A DNA stretch of 64,000 nucleotides from an uncultured Alphaproteobacteria bacterium (GCA_944391335.1 CALXTF010000001.1:42199-106198); one strand, 5' to 3'; shown: positions 30,103-41,976, counted from the first letter of the stretch. The notes: generated by a model not told the origin, from the sequence alone. Numbers and translations: made by a program.

Positions 30103-30473
30103 ATGAGATATTTATATCCGGTAATTTTATTGATTATTTCAAATATTTTTATGATATTTGCATGGTATGGACATTTAAAATTTAAATCTACACCTTTGTG
30201 GTTGATTATAATTATCAGTTGAGAATTGCTTTTTTTGAATATTGTTTTCAAGTTCCGGCCAATCGTATAGGACATCAATATTTTGATACTCCTCAGCTTA
30301 AAATTATGCAGGAAGCAATAACTATAGTTGTTTTTAGCTTATTTTCTCTTTTTTATTTGCATGAAGAAATTAAATGGAATTATTTGGTGGGTTTTTTCTT
30401 GATATTACTCGCGGTATTAAAGATTGGAGTTAATTTAAATATAATCCCATCATTTACAAAAATATCTCTTTAG
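30103..30473 (+). pseudogene. DUF486-family small membrane protein gene, interrupted by a 1-nt frameshift (or sequencing error)
   Basis: The frame from ATG 30103 encodes 'MRYLYPVILLIISNIFMIFAWYGHLKFKSTPLWLIIIIS' and stops at TGA 30220-30222. The next frame continues 'RIAFFEYCFQVPANRIG...'. Restoring a single G (TG to TGG at about 30221) gives a continuous 'ISWRIAFFEYCFQVPANRIG' of about 123 aa. Confidence 0.55.
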
Positions 30474-30488
30474 AGTTATTTTTGCAAA

Positions 30489-30580
30489 TGGCGGATGAGG
30501 AGGGATTTGAACCCCCGATACGAGTCACCTCGTATACACGATTTCGAGTCGCGCGCATTCAGCCTCTCTGCCACTCATCC
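30489..30580 (-). tRNA. tRNA-Ser (anticodon CGA)
   Basis: Folded by hand: acceptor stem GGATGAG/CTCATCC, anticodon loop CTCGAAA, long variable arm (TACGAGGTGACTCGTA), T-loop TTCAAAT, and an encoded 3' CCA. Confidence 0.9.
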
Positions 30581-30703
30581 TCTAAATACTAAACCTTTCT
30601 AAAAGAAAAAGGATTATTTTGCAATAATTATTTTTTTATTTGCTTGTCTTTTCTAAAATTTTTTGTTACCTATATTTAGGTTTATAGTTAAAGGATTGCT
30701 TTT

Positions 30704-31903
30704 ATGTTAGATAATACTCCTCGTTCTTTGCGTATTAATATTGCTATTATTGGTTGTTGTAACGTTGGGAAATCATCTCTTTTTAACGCTTTAACAAAAC
30801 AAAATGTTGCTATTGTTTCTTCTAAATCTGGAACAACAACCGATGCTGTCGCTAAACCATATGAACTTTTGCCTTTGGGACCGGTGACTTTCTTTGATAC
30901 GGCCGGTTTGGACGATAGTGAGGAAATTGGTAATTTGCGAATAAACGCTACTTATAAAATTCTGTTTAAAACAGATGTTGCCGTTTTGGTGGTTGGTAAA
31001 AACGGAATAACGCAAAAAGATAAAGAAGTCGTTGATTATCTTAATAAAACTAATACCCCTTTTGTTATTGCTTTTAATCAAACAGATTTAATTAAACCTA
31101 ATATAGGGGATATTGATTTTTGTCGTAGTCATAATATTCCCTTTGTTGAAGTTTCGGCAATAAATGATGTTAATATCAATCTCTTGAAAGAAATAATTAT
31201 TAATTCTGTTCCTGAAGAATTAAAAAAAAATCCTTTAATTGTTGCTGATTTACTTAAAAAAAACGATACTGTCATTTTAGTTGTGCCTATAGATTTATCC
31301 GCACCAAAAGGACGTTTGATTTTACCTCAAGTTCAAGTCCTCCGCGAACTTTTAGATGCAAACGTTAATGCTGTTGTCGTTAAAGAAAATAATTTATTAT
31401 CTATGCTTGATAATCTAAAACAACATCCCGCTCTTGTTATTACGGATTCTCAAGTCGTCAATCAAGTTGCTAATATCTTGCCTCCTACAATTAAAATGAC
31501 TACATTTTCAACATTATTCGCTCGTTATAAAGCTGATATCAATGTCTTAATTAAAGGTGCGGAAAAAATAGACAATCTTTGTTCTGGTGATAAAATATTA
31601 ATTGCTGAAGCTTGTTCTCATCATGCTCTTGCCGATGATATTGCTAAAGTTAAAATTCCTCGTTGGTTGCAAAATTATTGTCATTGCGATTTAGTCTTTG
31701 ATTTTTGCTCTGGAAGCGATTTCCCTCAAAATCTCGAAGATTACAATCTGGTTATTCATTGCGGTGCATGTATGCTCAATTCCGTAGAAATGACGCATAG
31801 ATTGAAAGAATGTGTTTGTCGCGGTATTCCTATTACAAATTATGGTCTTGTTATTTCTAAAACTCAAAATTTATTACAACGTATATGTGAGCCTTTTATT
31901 TAA
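30704..31903 (+). CDS. hydF: [FeFe]-hydrogenase maturation GTPase HydF
   Basis: N-terminal GTPase 'IGCCNVGKSSLFNAL' and 'DTAG', plus the C-terminal Fe-S binding 'CSH...HCGAC' (CxH...HCxxC) pattern of HydF. Confidence 0.8.
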   Translation: MLDNTPRSLRINIAIIGCCNVGKSSLFNALTKQNVAIVSSKSGTTTDAVAKPYELLPLGPVTFFDTAGLDDSEEIGNLRINATYKILFKTDVAVLVVGKNGITQKDKEVVDYLNKTNTPFVIAFNQTDLIKPNIGDIDFCRSHNIPFVEVSAINDVNINLLKEIIINSVPEELKKNPLIVADLLKKNDTVILVVPIDLSAPKGRLILPQVQVLRELLDANVNAVVVKENNLLSMLDNLKQHPALVITDSQVVNQVANILPPTIKMTTFSTLFARYKADINVLIKGAEKIDNLCSGDKILIAEACSHHALADDIAKVKIPRWLQNYCHCDLVFDFCSGSDFPQNLEDYNLVIHCGACMLNSVEMTHRLKECVCRGIPITNYGLVISKTQNLLQRICEPFI

Positions 31904-32781
31904 ATCCTGTCTAATGCCGCTTTATAATAGTCCGTAACTAATTTTACTCGCGGAAGTTCTTTTGTGCAGTTATTCACTATAAGATATAAGTTTATTTGTA
32001 AATCTGCATTTATATTATCTAAACATATTAGTGAGGGATATTTAAATTGTTTCGGCATTAACCCTATTCCTACATTACCTCTAATTGCCTCTGCAACCGC
32101 AAAGGATGAGTTTGTTGAAAAAGATACCTTTTGTGCTTTTGCTATAAATTCTTTCCAACCAGATATATAATGTTCATTTTGCAGACAATTTATAATATGA
32201 TGATTCTCTAAAAGATCTTTTATATCTTTAGGTAAACCGTGTTTCTCTATATATTTTGATGTCGTAAAAAAATTACAAGAAATTTTCTTTTGATATAATA
32301 AAGAAAAATCTTTTGATTTTTTGGGCGGATGTGTGATAATTCCAAAATCAACGCCTAAATCCTGATAATCGGGACTACCTAATGTCGTAAGTAAAATTAA
32401 ATTTATATCCGGATATTCTTCACAAAAAACACTAAAACTAAAAGGAGATAAAACAGTACTGACAATTAATGGTAAACAAATACAAACATTCCCTTCATAT
32501 TTATTATGAGAATGACATTGATTATATATTTGATCAAGTAATGCCTGTACATTTTCAATTTGATCGAGTATTAACAAGGCTCTTTTGGTTAAATGAGTAC
32601 CTTTATTATTATTTACAACTAAAGGTATTCCCAAAACTTGTTCTAAATTGGAAATATATTTATTAACGGTATCTATTGAACTGTTTGTTGCTTCCGCTGC
32701 TTTCCTTTTGCTTTGATATTTTGCAATTGCAGAAAGCATTAATAATCCATTTAGGTTTTGTAAAGATTTTTTAGTAATCAT
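31900..32781 (-). CDS. LysR-family transcriptional regulator
   Basis: N-terminal HTH ('SKRKAAEATNSSIDTVNKYISNLE') and a C-terminal substrate-binding domain. 293 aa. Lies downstream of hydCBA on the same strand and converges with hydF. Confidence 0.75.
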   Translation of the reverse strand: MITKKSLQNLNGLLMLSAIAKYQSKRKAAEATNSSIDTVNKYISNLEQVLGIPLVVNNNKGTHLTKRALLILDQIENVQALLDQIYNQCHSHNKYEGNVCICLPLIVSTVLSPFSFSVFCEEYPDINLILLTTLGSPDYQDLGVDFGIITHPPKKSKDFSLLYQKKISCNFFTTSKYIEKHGLPKDIKDLLENHHIINCLQNEHYISGWKEFIAKAQKVSFSTNSSFAVAEAIRGNVGIGLMPKQFKYPSLICLDNINADLQINLYLIVNNCTKELPRVKLVTDYYKAALDRI

Positions 32782-32827
32782 TCGGCCTCGCTATATGATA
32801 ACAAAAGCTGTTTGTATCTTTTCATAA

Positions 32828-32860
32828 TAAAAAGGCTCTAAATAAATAGAGCCTTTTTTA
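32828..32860. terminator. Bidirectional rho-independent terminator between the small ORF and the lysR-type regulator gene
   Basis: AAGGCTCT...AGAGCCTT hairpin flanked by A5 and T6. Confidence 0.65.
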
Positions 32861-32883
32861 AACTAAATAATCTTTTTCTTTTT

Positions 32884-33114
32884 TCAATGCCTAAATTTAA
32901 ATAGTTTTGAAAAAATTTCCGTAATTCCTAAAAAAAATACAATTAATCCATTTACAAGACCTACTACCATTATAAATACGGTAAAAAAATCCAAATCATC
33001 AAAATTTTTTAGTGTTACATAAGCTGAAAAGCTTATTGTTGCGCAAAAAAGACACACTAAAAATTTAAGATTTTTCTTTGTTAGAAAATTTTTCATAAGT
33101 TTAATAATTAACAA
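32884..33114 (-). CDS. Hypothetical 76-aa two-TM membrane protein downstream of hydA
   Basis: ORF track. Hydrophobic. Followed by a terminator. Confidence 0.3.
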   Translation of the reverse strand: MLIIKLMKNFLTKKNLKFLVCLFCATISFSAYVTLKNFDDLDFFTVFIMVVGLVNGLIVFFLGITEIFSKLFKFRH

Positions 33115-33177
33115 AATACATTAAATACAATATTGTATTATAGTTTATTTTTTTTTTAAAATCAATATCAAATATAA

Positions 33178-34947
33178 TCAACGCTTATAAGCGGAACGGG
33201 CGGTATAATGGGTATGAAGCAATTGATGAGCTTTCTCTCCGTTGGGTTCGCCTATATATTCTTTATAAAGTGTTTTAATTGATTGATTATGATGTGATAA
33301 TCTGTTCTTAGCGTGTAAATCTTCATCAAATAAGCCCTTGGCTCGTTTTTTACGAATATCATCTGTAATTCCTCGAGGTTTGGGTTGTCCAGGGAGCATT
33401 ACTCGTGGTTGTCCTCCTCCTGCAACACATCCTCCTCGACAGGCCATTACTTCTATAAAATGATAGGGGGGTTCTTCGCCGTTTTGTTGTGCCTTTCTAA
33501 TTTTTTCTAAGACTTTTTCCACATTTCCGGTTCCATGGGCAACAGCAATACGAATAATCTTACCGGCTATAGATATTTCCGCTTCTTTAATCCCATCTAA
33601 ACCTTCTATGGATTGAAAATTTAAATCACCTAGCTCACATCCGGTAATATAGAAATACGCTGTTCGCAATGCTGCAGTCATTACTCCGCCGGTTGCTCCA
33701 AATATGGTTCCCGCGCCCGAATATTCACCAAGCGGATTATCTGCTGTTTCTTCCGGAAGACTACGAAAATCTATTCCGGCTTGTTTAATCATTCTTGCGA
33801 GTTCTCTTGTTGTTAAAGAAACATCTACATCTTGAAAACCTGAAGAACTCATATCTTCACTACGACGTATTTCCCATTTTTTGGCGGTACAAGGCATAAT
33901 TGAGATAACCCGAATTTTTGCCGGATCAAGTCCCATTTTATCGGCATAATAAGTCTTTGCCATAGCTCCAACCATTGATTGTGGTGATTTACATGTGGAA
34001 AAATGACTAATCATATCTTGATGATATTTTTCCAATAAATCAACCCAAGCCGGACAACAACTGGTAAACATAGGTAGACTTTCCGGTGATTTTGTAAAGC
34101 GGCGAACAAATTCGGTTGCTTCTTCTATAATTGTTAAATCTGCTCCAAAATTTGTATCAAATATTCGCTTAAAACCCATTCGACGTAAAGCGGCATATGT
34201 CTTTCCTGTTAAATTTTCGCCAAATTCATAACCAAATTCTTCTCCTATTGCAACACGCACCGCCGGGGCTATTTGAACAATTGTATATATATTTTTATCG
34301 TTTAGCATATCCCATACTTTTTGGGTTTCATCATATTCAACAATAGCACCGGTTGGGCAATGAGCCGAGCATTGTCCGCATTTAATACAAGGACTGTCGG
34401 CTAAATTTATGCCATTGGCTGCGGTAACTCTGGTTGCTAATCCTCGATTTAAATATCCTAAAGCCCATACATTTTGTTGGTTTTGGCAAACTTCAACGCA
34501 GCGGCCGCAAAGAATACATTTACTTGCGTCTAAAACAAGAGCTTTTGTTGAATCATCTAAAGGAAATCGTTTTGTTAAATTAGGCAACGGTGCGTCTTTT
34601 ATTCCAAAAGTGTTGGTTAAATCTTGAAGTTCACAATGACCCGAACGTATGCAAGTTAAACATGCGTTAGGATGATTGCTTAAAATCAATTTTAAAACTG
34701 TTCGTCTGACATCAACTAATTCTGCATCAGAAGTTATAACTTCCATTCCTTCGCCAACAGGTGTACAACAGGAACGCATAATTCGACCGTTGACTTTGAC
34801 AATACATATACCGCATCCCGCCGTGGCATCAACATCAGGGTGTTTGCAAAGTGTTGGAATTTCTATATGAACTTTACGTGCAGCTTCTAAAATGGAGGTA
34901 CCGGCAGTAACATCTACATCATAATTGTCGATTTTTAATTTTACCAT
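33178..34947 (-). CDS. hydA: [FeFe]-hydrogenase catalytic subunit HydA (M3-type)
   Basis: H-cluster motifs L1 'TSCCPAWV', L2 'MPCTAKKWE', L3 'EVMACRGGCVAGGGQP'. The N-terminus carries 2Fe-2S and multiple 4Fe-4S Cys clusters. Confidence 0.92.
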   Translation of the reverse strand: MVKLKIDNYDVDVTAGTSILEAARKVHIEIPTLCKHPDVDATAGCGICIVKVNGRIMRSCCTPVGEGMEVITSDAELVDVRRTVLKLILSNHPNACLTCIRSGHCELQDLTNTFGIKDAPLPNLTKRFPLDDSTKALVLDASKCILCGRCVEVCQNQQNVWALGYLNRGLATRVTAANGINLADSPCIKCGQCSAHCPTGAIVEYDETQKVWDMLNDKNIYTIVQIAPAVRVAIGEEFGYEFGENLTGKTYAALRRMGFKRIFDTNFGADLTIIEEATEFVRRFTKSPESLPMFTSCCPAWVDLLEKYHQDMISHFSTCKSPQSMVGAMAKTYYADKMGLDPAKIRVISIMPCTAKKWEIRRSEDMSSSGFQDVDVSLTTRELARMIKQAGIDFRSLPEETADNPLGEYSGAGTIFGATGGVMTAALRTAYFYITGCELGDLNFQSIEGLDGIKEAEISIAGKIIRIAVAHGTGNVEKVLEKIRKAQQNGEEPPYHFIEVMACRGGCVAGGGQPRVMLPGQPKPRGITDDIRKKRAKGLFDEDLHAKNRLSHHNQSIKTLYKEYIGEPNGEKAHQLLHTHYTARSAYKR

Positions 34948-36635
34948 TATTTTATCTCCTTATTATTTTCTTCATTTGCTGCAACTTTGGCTTCATATTC
35001 TTTACTAAAATAATGTATGGTCGATAATACGGGATTGGGGGCTGTTTGACCTAATCCGCATAAAGATGCTTTTTGCATGGCTATAGCTATTTTTTTTAAC
35101 ATATCTAAATCTTTATTTGTTCCTTTTCCTTTAGATATTTTTTCTAAAAGCAATAACATTTGTTTTCCGCCTATTCGGCATGGAGCGCATTTCCCACAAG
35201 ATTCATCTACGGTAAAATCTAGATAAAATTTCGCAATATCTACCATGTCTGCGGTTTCATCCATAACAATCATACCGCCGGAACCCATTATTGAACCAAC
35301 TTTTTTTAATTCTTCATAACAGACCGGAAGATCAATATTTGATGCTGGTATAACGCCGCCCGATGGTCCTCCCGTTTGAACCGCTTTCAATTTTTTTCCG
35401 TTTGGGACGCCTCCGCCTATTTCGTTGACTATTGTATTAATTGTTGTTCCCATTGGTACTTCTATTAATCCCGAATGTTCAACTTGTCCCGTTAAAGCAA
35501 AGACTTTTGTTCCTTTTGATGTTTCCGTACCAAATGAAGAAAACCAATCTGCTCCTTTTAATATTATAGAGGGAATATTGGCTAATGTTTCTACATTATT
35601 TATGCAACTTGGTTTTTCCCAAAGACCTATTTCTGTCGGATACGGAGGACGCGGTCTAGGTGTCCCTCGTTTGCCTTCTATGGAATGTATTAAGGCTGTT
35701 TCTTCTCCGCAAACAAAAGCACCGGCTCCAAGTCGGATATCTATATTAAAATTAAAACCGCTATTTAAAATATTATTTCCCAGTAAACGTGTTTTTTTAC
35801 ATGCTTTAATTGCCTTTTCAATACGTTCTACGGCAAGAGGATATTCTGCTCGTATATAAAACCAACCATTCGTTGCGCCTATCGCATAAGCTCCTATCAT
35901 CATTCCTTCAATTACCGCATGGGGATTAGATTCTAAAATGCTTCGATCCATATAAGCTCCTGGATCTCCTTCATCGCCATTACAAATAATGAATTTATCG
36001 TCAACTAATGGAACTTTAGCGGCTAATTCCCATTTTAAACCTGTTGAAAAACCAGCACCTCCTCGTCCTCTTAAACCTGATTTTTTTATTTCCGCGACAA
36101 CTTCTGCCGGTGTCATGGTCTTTAAAACTTTTTCTAAAGCTAAATAACCGCCATGGGCTATATACTCTTGAATATCTTCGGGATCAAGATGACCTGCTTG
36201 TTTTAAAACAACTTTTTCTTGTTTCGTGAAAAAGGGCAGGTCTAGAGATAAAACATATTGGCTTAAAAAATCAGGTAATTGAAAAATTTCTCCTTCTTGT
36301 AAATTAAGAGCCGGAATAATATGTTCATTAATTATTATACGAATGATTAATTTATCTAAACGTTTATATAAAACATCTTTTTGGCCTTTAATTTCAACTC
36401 TTATTAATGGTCCTTGCGCACAAAGTCCCATACAGCCTGTGGCAACAATTCGTACTTTTCCTTCTAATTCGTGCTCAATTACAGATGTTTTTAATATGTC
36501 AATAAGATCATCACTGCCTGAAGATTTGCAGCCGGTTGAATGACAACAATATATTGTGCAAATATAACGATTTAAATCTTCTTGTTTGTTTTTTGAAATT
36601 TCGTGAATATCAAACCTTTTATCAATTTCGTTCAT
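34947..36635 (-). CDS. hydB: NADH-binding flavoprotein subunit of bifurcating hydrogenase (NuoF-like HydB)
   Basis: 'GRGGAGFSTG' NAD/FMN site, 'CGKCAPCR' 4Fe-4S site, and an N-terminal thioredoxin-like 2Fe-2S domain. The likely start is ATG 36633-36635 (MNEIDKRF), with an AAGGAG Shine-Dalgarno lying inside the 3' end of hydC. This overlaps hydC by 14 nt. The ORF track's extended start at 36701 is less likely. Confidence 0.85.
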   Translation of the reverse strand: MNEIDKRFDIHEISKNKQEDLNRYICTIYCCHSTGCKSSGSDDLIDILKTSVIEHELEGKVRIVATGCMGLCAQGPLIRVEIKGQKDVLYKRLDKLIIRIIINEHIIPALNLQEGEIFQLPDFLSQYVLSLDLPFFTKQEKVVLKQAGHLDPEDIQEYIAHGGYLALEKVLKTMTPAEVVAEIKKSGLRGRGGAGFSTGLKWELAAKVPLVDDKFIICNGDEGDPGAYMDRSILESNPHAVIEGMMIGAYAIGATNGWFYIRAEYPLAVERIEKAIKACKKTRLLGNNILNSGFNFNIDIRLGAGAFVCGEETALIHSIEGKRGTPRPRPPYPTEIGLWEKPSCINNVETLANIPSIILKGADWFSSFGTETSKGTKVFALTGQVEHSGLIEVPMGTTINTIVNEIGGGVPNGKKLKAVQTGGPSGGVIPASNIDLPVCYEELKKVGSIMGSGGMIVMDETADMVDIAKFYLDFTVDESCGKCAPCRIGGKQMLLLLEKISKGKGTNKDLDMLKKIAIAMQKASLCGLGQTAPNPVLSTIHYFSKEYEAKVAANEENNKEIK

Positions 36636-37122
36636 TGGAATGCTCCTTGTCTTCATCAGAAAATTTTTTACGCCATTCTTCAATAATATTGTGAACATCA
36701 TTTACTGTTACACGTCCATATGTTTTACCATTAACAACACATACCGGTGCTAATCCGCAGCATCCGACACAACGTACGCATTGTAAATGAAATAAATGAT
36801 CGGGTGTACTTTCACCTTCATTAAGATTAAGTTCCTTTTTAAATTCTTCCAGTACTTTGTCATTTCCTTTTAGATAACAGGCTGTTCCTGTGCATACGGA
36901 AATAACCGCTTTTCCTGGAGCTTCCAATTTAAAAAAGTTGTAAAAAGTTAAAACCTCATAAATTCTTGCTAAAGGAATATTCATTATTTGCGCTACTTCA
37001 AGTGCGTCTTCCCATGGAATATAGCCTTTGATATCTTGTATTTCATGTAGAGCCATTATAAGAGCTCCTGTTTTTTTGCGCCATTTTGCGGCAACTTGTC
37101 CGGCAACAGAAGTATCGCTCAT
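36622..37122 (-). CDS. hydC: Thioredoxin-like [2Fe-2S] subunit (NuoE-like HydC)
   Basis: 'CTGTACYLKG...CVRCVGCCGLAPV' 2Fe-2S motif. 166 aa. AGGAGG Shine-Dalgarno upstream. Confidence 0.85.
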   Translation of the reverse strand: MSDTSVAGQVAAKWRKKTGALIMALHEIQDIKGYIPWEDALEVAQIMNIPLARIYEVLTFYNFFKLEAPGKAVISVCTGTACYLKGNDKVLEEFKKELNLNEGESTPDHLFHLQCVRCVGCCGLAPVCVVNGKTYGRVTVNDVHNIIEEWRKKFSDEDKEHSNERN

Positions 37123-37167
37123 TTTTTTATCCTCCTTTATGTCTGTTTAATTCTTATATATTTGCTA

Positions 37168-39213
37168 TTATAAATGGCCATTTTTAAAAAGTTGATAATA
37201 TTTATATATACTACCGTCTTTGACATCCCAACTAAAATCTTTACGCATGGCATTTATTGTCATTTGTTGTATCTTGTCAAAATGGCAGTAAAATGTTTCT
37301 AAAGCTTTACATAATGTTTCTGTATAAGCGTTTGTATTGTTTTTTAAACGCTGCGCGGTTAAGTTATTACCATAAACTCGTCTTTTATTTGATGAAAAGA
37401 AAACTTCTGTTCGAAAACCATTAATTCCATGTTCTATGGTGTCAACCAATCCTCCTGTGGAGATAGCTATGGGCAAAGCTCCTTTGGCCATGGCTTCCAT
37501 TTGAGTTAAACCGCAAGGTTCAAAACGGCTTGGCATCATATAAAAATCAGAGGCTATTTGAACAGCATAAGCAAAATCATCTTGATAACCTCTAAATACA
37601 TATATACGTTCACCGCATTTGGGATTTTCTTGCATTAATTTATCTTTTAGATTTGTTAAATATTCAAAACAACAGAGATCTCCCGCTCCTCCTAAAATAA
37701 AAATAGGCATTTCAATATTTTTTAAAGATCCAAATCTATTAAATAAATTTATAATTGCTTGTGCCGCTATATCATAACCTTTTTGTTCAACTAATCGGCT
37801 GGTTGCGCAAAGTATAGGTGTATGTTCAATATTTTTGATTTTTTCACTTAAGTCATTAAAACGATATATATCTATTAAAGGTATAACCTTTTGTTTGTAT
37901 TCTGAATCTGAGGCAATTTTGGAAAGCAGTAAAATAAATTCTTTTTTATTTTCTAATTTTTTTGCCAAGCACGTTTCATCATAATATTCAAAATGAAAAG
38001 GGCTGAAAGTTTTATTAATTATTTCAATTTTTTTGGAATTTGGTGTAATAAGTTTTTTATCGTATCCATTAACAATTCCATAAAAGTTTCGGTGATCTTT
38101 TCTTATTTTAAGAATATCTCGAAAATCAAGTCCAAAATCCAATTCTTTTGAAACTTCTTCCATATAATTTTTAGAAACGGTTACAACTCTATCTGCCAAA
38201 TGAAAGCTACAAGAAGCCTGATTATAGCAATCATAAACTATTAAGGTATTATTCGTACGAGGATTTGCATTTTTTATTGCTTTTGCATTTTTAAAAACGG
38301 CAGCAGCGGTATTTTCGTATAAAGAGTTGAGTATTTTTGATGTATTAAGATAATCCCAACCTTGATAACCTAAATGATGAGCCATATGAATAATAGGAAG
38401 ATTCTTTAGTTCTTCGCATAATTTGGTTTTCATTTTTCCGATGCAATGTTGGGCAATGGAAAAATATTTTGTTAAACCGGCCAAAGCTCCGCTATGCCAG
38501 TCATTTGTAATAAGCAGATTCGGACTATAAGGAGATTTTTTTTCTATAAGAAATTTTATTAATTCATAAACAGTTTTGGAAAAAAAGGCAAATCTTTCCA
38601 CTTCATTGATATTGAATTCGTTGAAAATATAACAACCGTCTTGAGCGGAATTATTTTGAGGGGATGGATTAATTGAAAAAAAGCGTTCGTTTTCTAAAAA
38701 GATGTAATTTGTATTTTCAAAATGAGCTAAATAAACAGGTACGTTATGTTTTATTAAAGTATTATGATCACCATAAAAAGGAACTTTTAGTGTGAGTATT
38801 TTTTGTAATTTTATATTATTTTTTTCTGCACCATAATAGATGTCATTTTGTAGTGAAGCTTTCTTTTTACCGGTATTACCGAGATAAAGGGGGGTAATTA
38901 CGGATATTTTATCTCCTTTGGAATTAAAACAGCGATTAAATGCTTCGGGTAATTCGGAAGCCACCATTCCCAAACCTCCCCATTTCATGAAGGCGGCGGT
39001 TTCCGCGGTAATCATCCATGCGTTAATTTTATTAATTTTGCGCCATTCTTTTTTTCCCAAACATTGATTTCGACCAAAGTTTTGTATTTCGATTAAATCG
39101 GGGTTATTGACAATACCGTAGGTCAAAGAAAATTTTTTAAAGTTAAAATTTTTCGGCAGTGTTTTAAATACACTATCACCAATTTTGGGCGAAGAAACAG
39201 AATTCATGCTCAA
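37168..39213 (-). CDS. Glycogen/starch synthase-like GT5 glycosyltransferase (long form, 681 aa)
   Basis: 'AETAAFMKWGGLGMVASELP' (KxGGL), 'NDWHSGALA', and C-terminal 'SRFEPCGLTQMEAMAKGALPI' with 'STGGLVDT'. Only 45 bp upstream of hydC. Confidence 0.7.
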   Translation of the reverse strand: MSMNSVSSPKIGDSVFKTLPKNFNFKKFSLTYGIVNNPDLIEIQNFGRNQCLGKKEWRKINKINAWMITAETAAFMKWGGLGMVASELPEAFNRCFNSKGDKISVITPLYLGNTGKKKASLQNDIYYGAEKNNIKLQKILTLKVPFYGDHNTLIKHNVPVYLAHFENTNYIFLENERFFSINPSPQNNSAQDGCYIFNEFNINEVERFAFFSKTVYELIKFLIEKKSPYSPNLLITNDWHSGALAGLTKYFSIAQHCIGKMKTKLCEELKNLPIIHMAHHLGYQGWDYLNTSKILNSLYENTAAAVFKNAKAIKNANPRTNNTLIVYDCYNQASCSFHLADRVVTVSKNYMEEVSKELDFGLDFRDILKIRKDHRNFYGIVNGYDKKLITPNSKKIEIINKTFSPFHFEYYDETCLAKKLENKKEFILLLSKIASDSEYKQKVIPLIDIYRFNDLSEKIKNIEHTPILCATSRLVEQKGYDIAAQAIINLFNRFGSLKNIEMPIFILGGAGDLCCFEYLTNLKDKLMQENPKCGERIYVFRGYQDDFAYAVQIASDFYMMPSRFEPCGLTQMEAMAKGALPIAISTGGLVDTIEHGINGFRTEVFFSSNKRRVYGNNLTAQRLKNNTNAYTETLCKALETFYCHFDKIQQMTINAMRKDFSWDVKDGSIYKYYQLFKNGHL

Positions 39214-39357
39214 TCTCTCTTATATAGTCAGAATAATCATTTAATAGAAAAGATATATTGTTTAATTTAATAATTAATTAAAAAGACAATAAAACTTCTC
39301 CTCTTGACTTGTTTCATTTAAATCATTAAATCTTTTATATATGAATATACACGCTTT

Positions 39358-39924
39358 ATGAAAAAAATTAAAGAGGTAAAAATGAAAAAGGATAAAAAAG
39401 AGCAATATCAAAAAAATGAAACAGTAGAAAATGTTGAAAATATGGTTGATATTGATGAAGAAAATAAAACAAATGAAATTGAGGAGCTTAAAGCAGAAAA
39501 TAATAAGTTAAAGGATGATTATTTACGGGCTTGTGCCGAATTGGAAAATACAAAAAAGAGGTGTGCTGTAGAAATAGAAAAAACATCAAAATATGCTCTT
39601 AGTTCATTTGCTAAAGAAATTCTTTCGGTTGCGGATAATTTACATCGGGCTCTTGACGCTGCCGAAAATTTAACTGATTTGGAATGTGAACAATTAAAAA
39701 AAGGCGTTGAATTAACAGAATCCGAATTAACTAAAGTTTTAGCAAAATTCGGGGTTGTTAAAATGGAACCGATGGGACAAATTTTTAATCCGGCTTTTCA
39801 TCGTGTTGTTCAAGAAATAGAAGATAAATCTAAACCTGCTGGAACTATTGTTGCCGAATTGCAAACGGGATATATGTTAAATGATAGAATTTTGCGTGAA
39901 GCAATGGTGGTTGTTAGTAAATAA
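39358..39924 (+). CDS. grpE: Nucleotide exchange factor GrpE
   Basis: Coiled-coil N-terminus and the conserved C-terminus 'FNPAFHRVVQEIE'. Confidence 0.9.
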   Translation: MKKIKEVKMKKDKKEQYQKNETVENVENMVDIDEENKTNEIEELKAENNKLKDDYLRACAELENTKKRCAVEIEKTSKYALSSFAKEILSVADNLHRALDAAENLTDLECEQLKKGVELTESELTKVLAKFGVVKMEPMGQIFNPAFHRVVQEIEDKSKPAGTIVAELQTGYMLNDRILREAMVVVSK

Positions 39925-39971
39925 AAACAAGCTTAATTTGTCCTTTCTTATTGGTAATTATATATAAAAAA

Positions 39972-40008
39972 ATCCCGCATATTGCAACTGCAAGATGCGG
40001 GATTTTTT
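39972..40008. terminator. Bidirectional rho-independent terminator between grpE and groEL
   Basis: ATCCCGCAT...ATGCGGGAT 9-bp stem flanked by A7 and T6. Confidence 0.75.
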
Positions 40009-40021
40009 GAAAATAGATGAG

Positions 40022-41976
<1,955 letters not shown>

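Noticed and set aside
30215-30225. Possibility that the in-frame TGA in the DUF486 gene is read as Trp (alternative genetic code, as in some reduced alphaproteobacterial symbionts).
   Set aside because: Reading through TGA in the original frame gives 'ELLFLNIVFKFRPIV*', which destroys the conserved FFEYCFQVPANRIG block. Only a 1-nt frameshift restores it. All other genes here use TGA as stop (for example hydC and the 113-aa ORF).
30081-30278. 65-aa minus-strand ORF.
   Set aside because: It is antisense to the DUF486 gene fragments and has no ribosome-binding site, so it is spurious.
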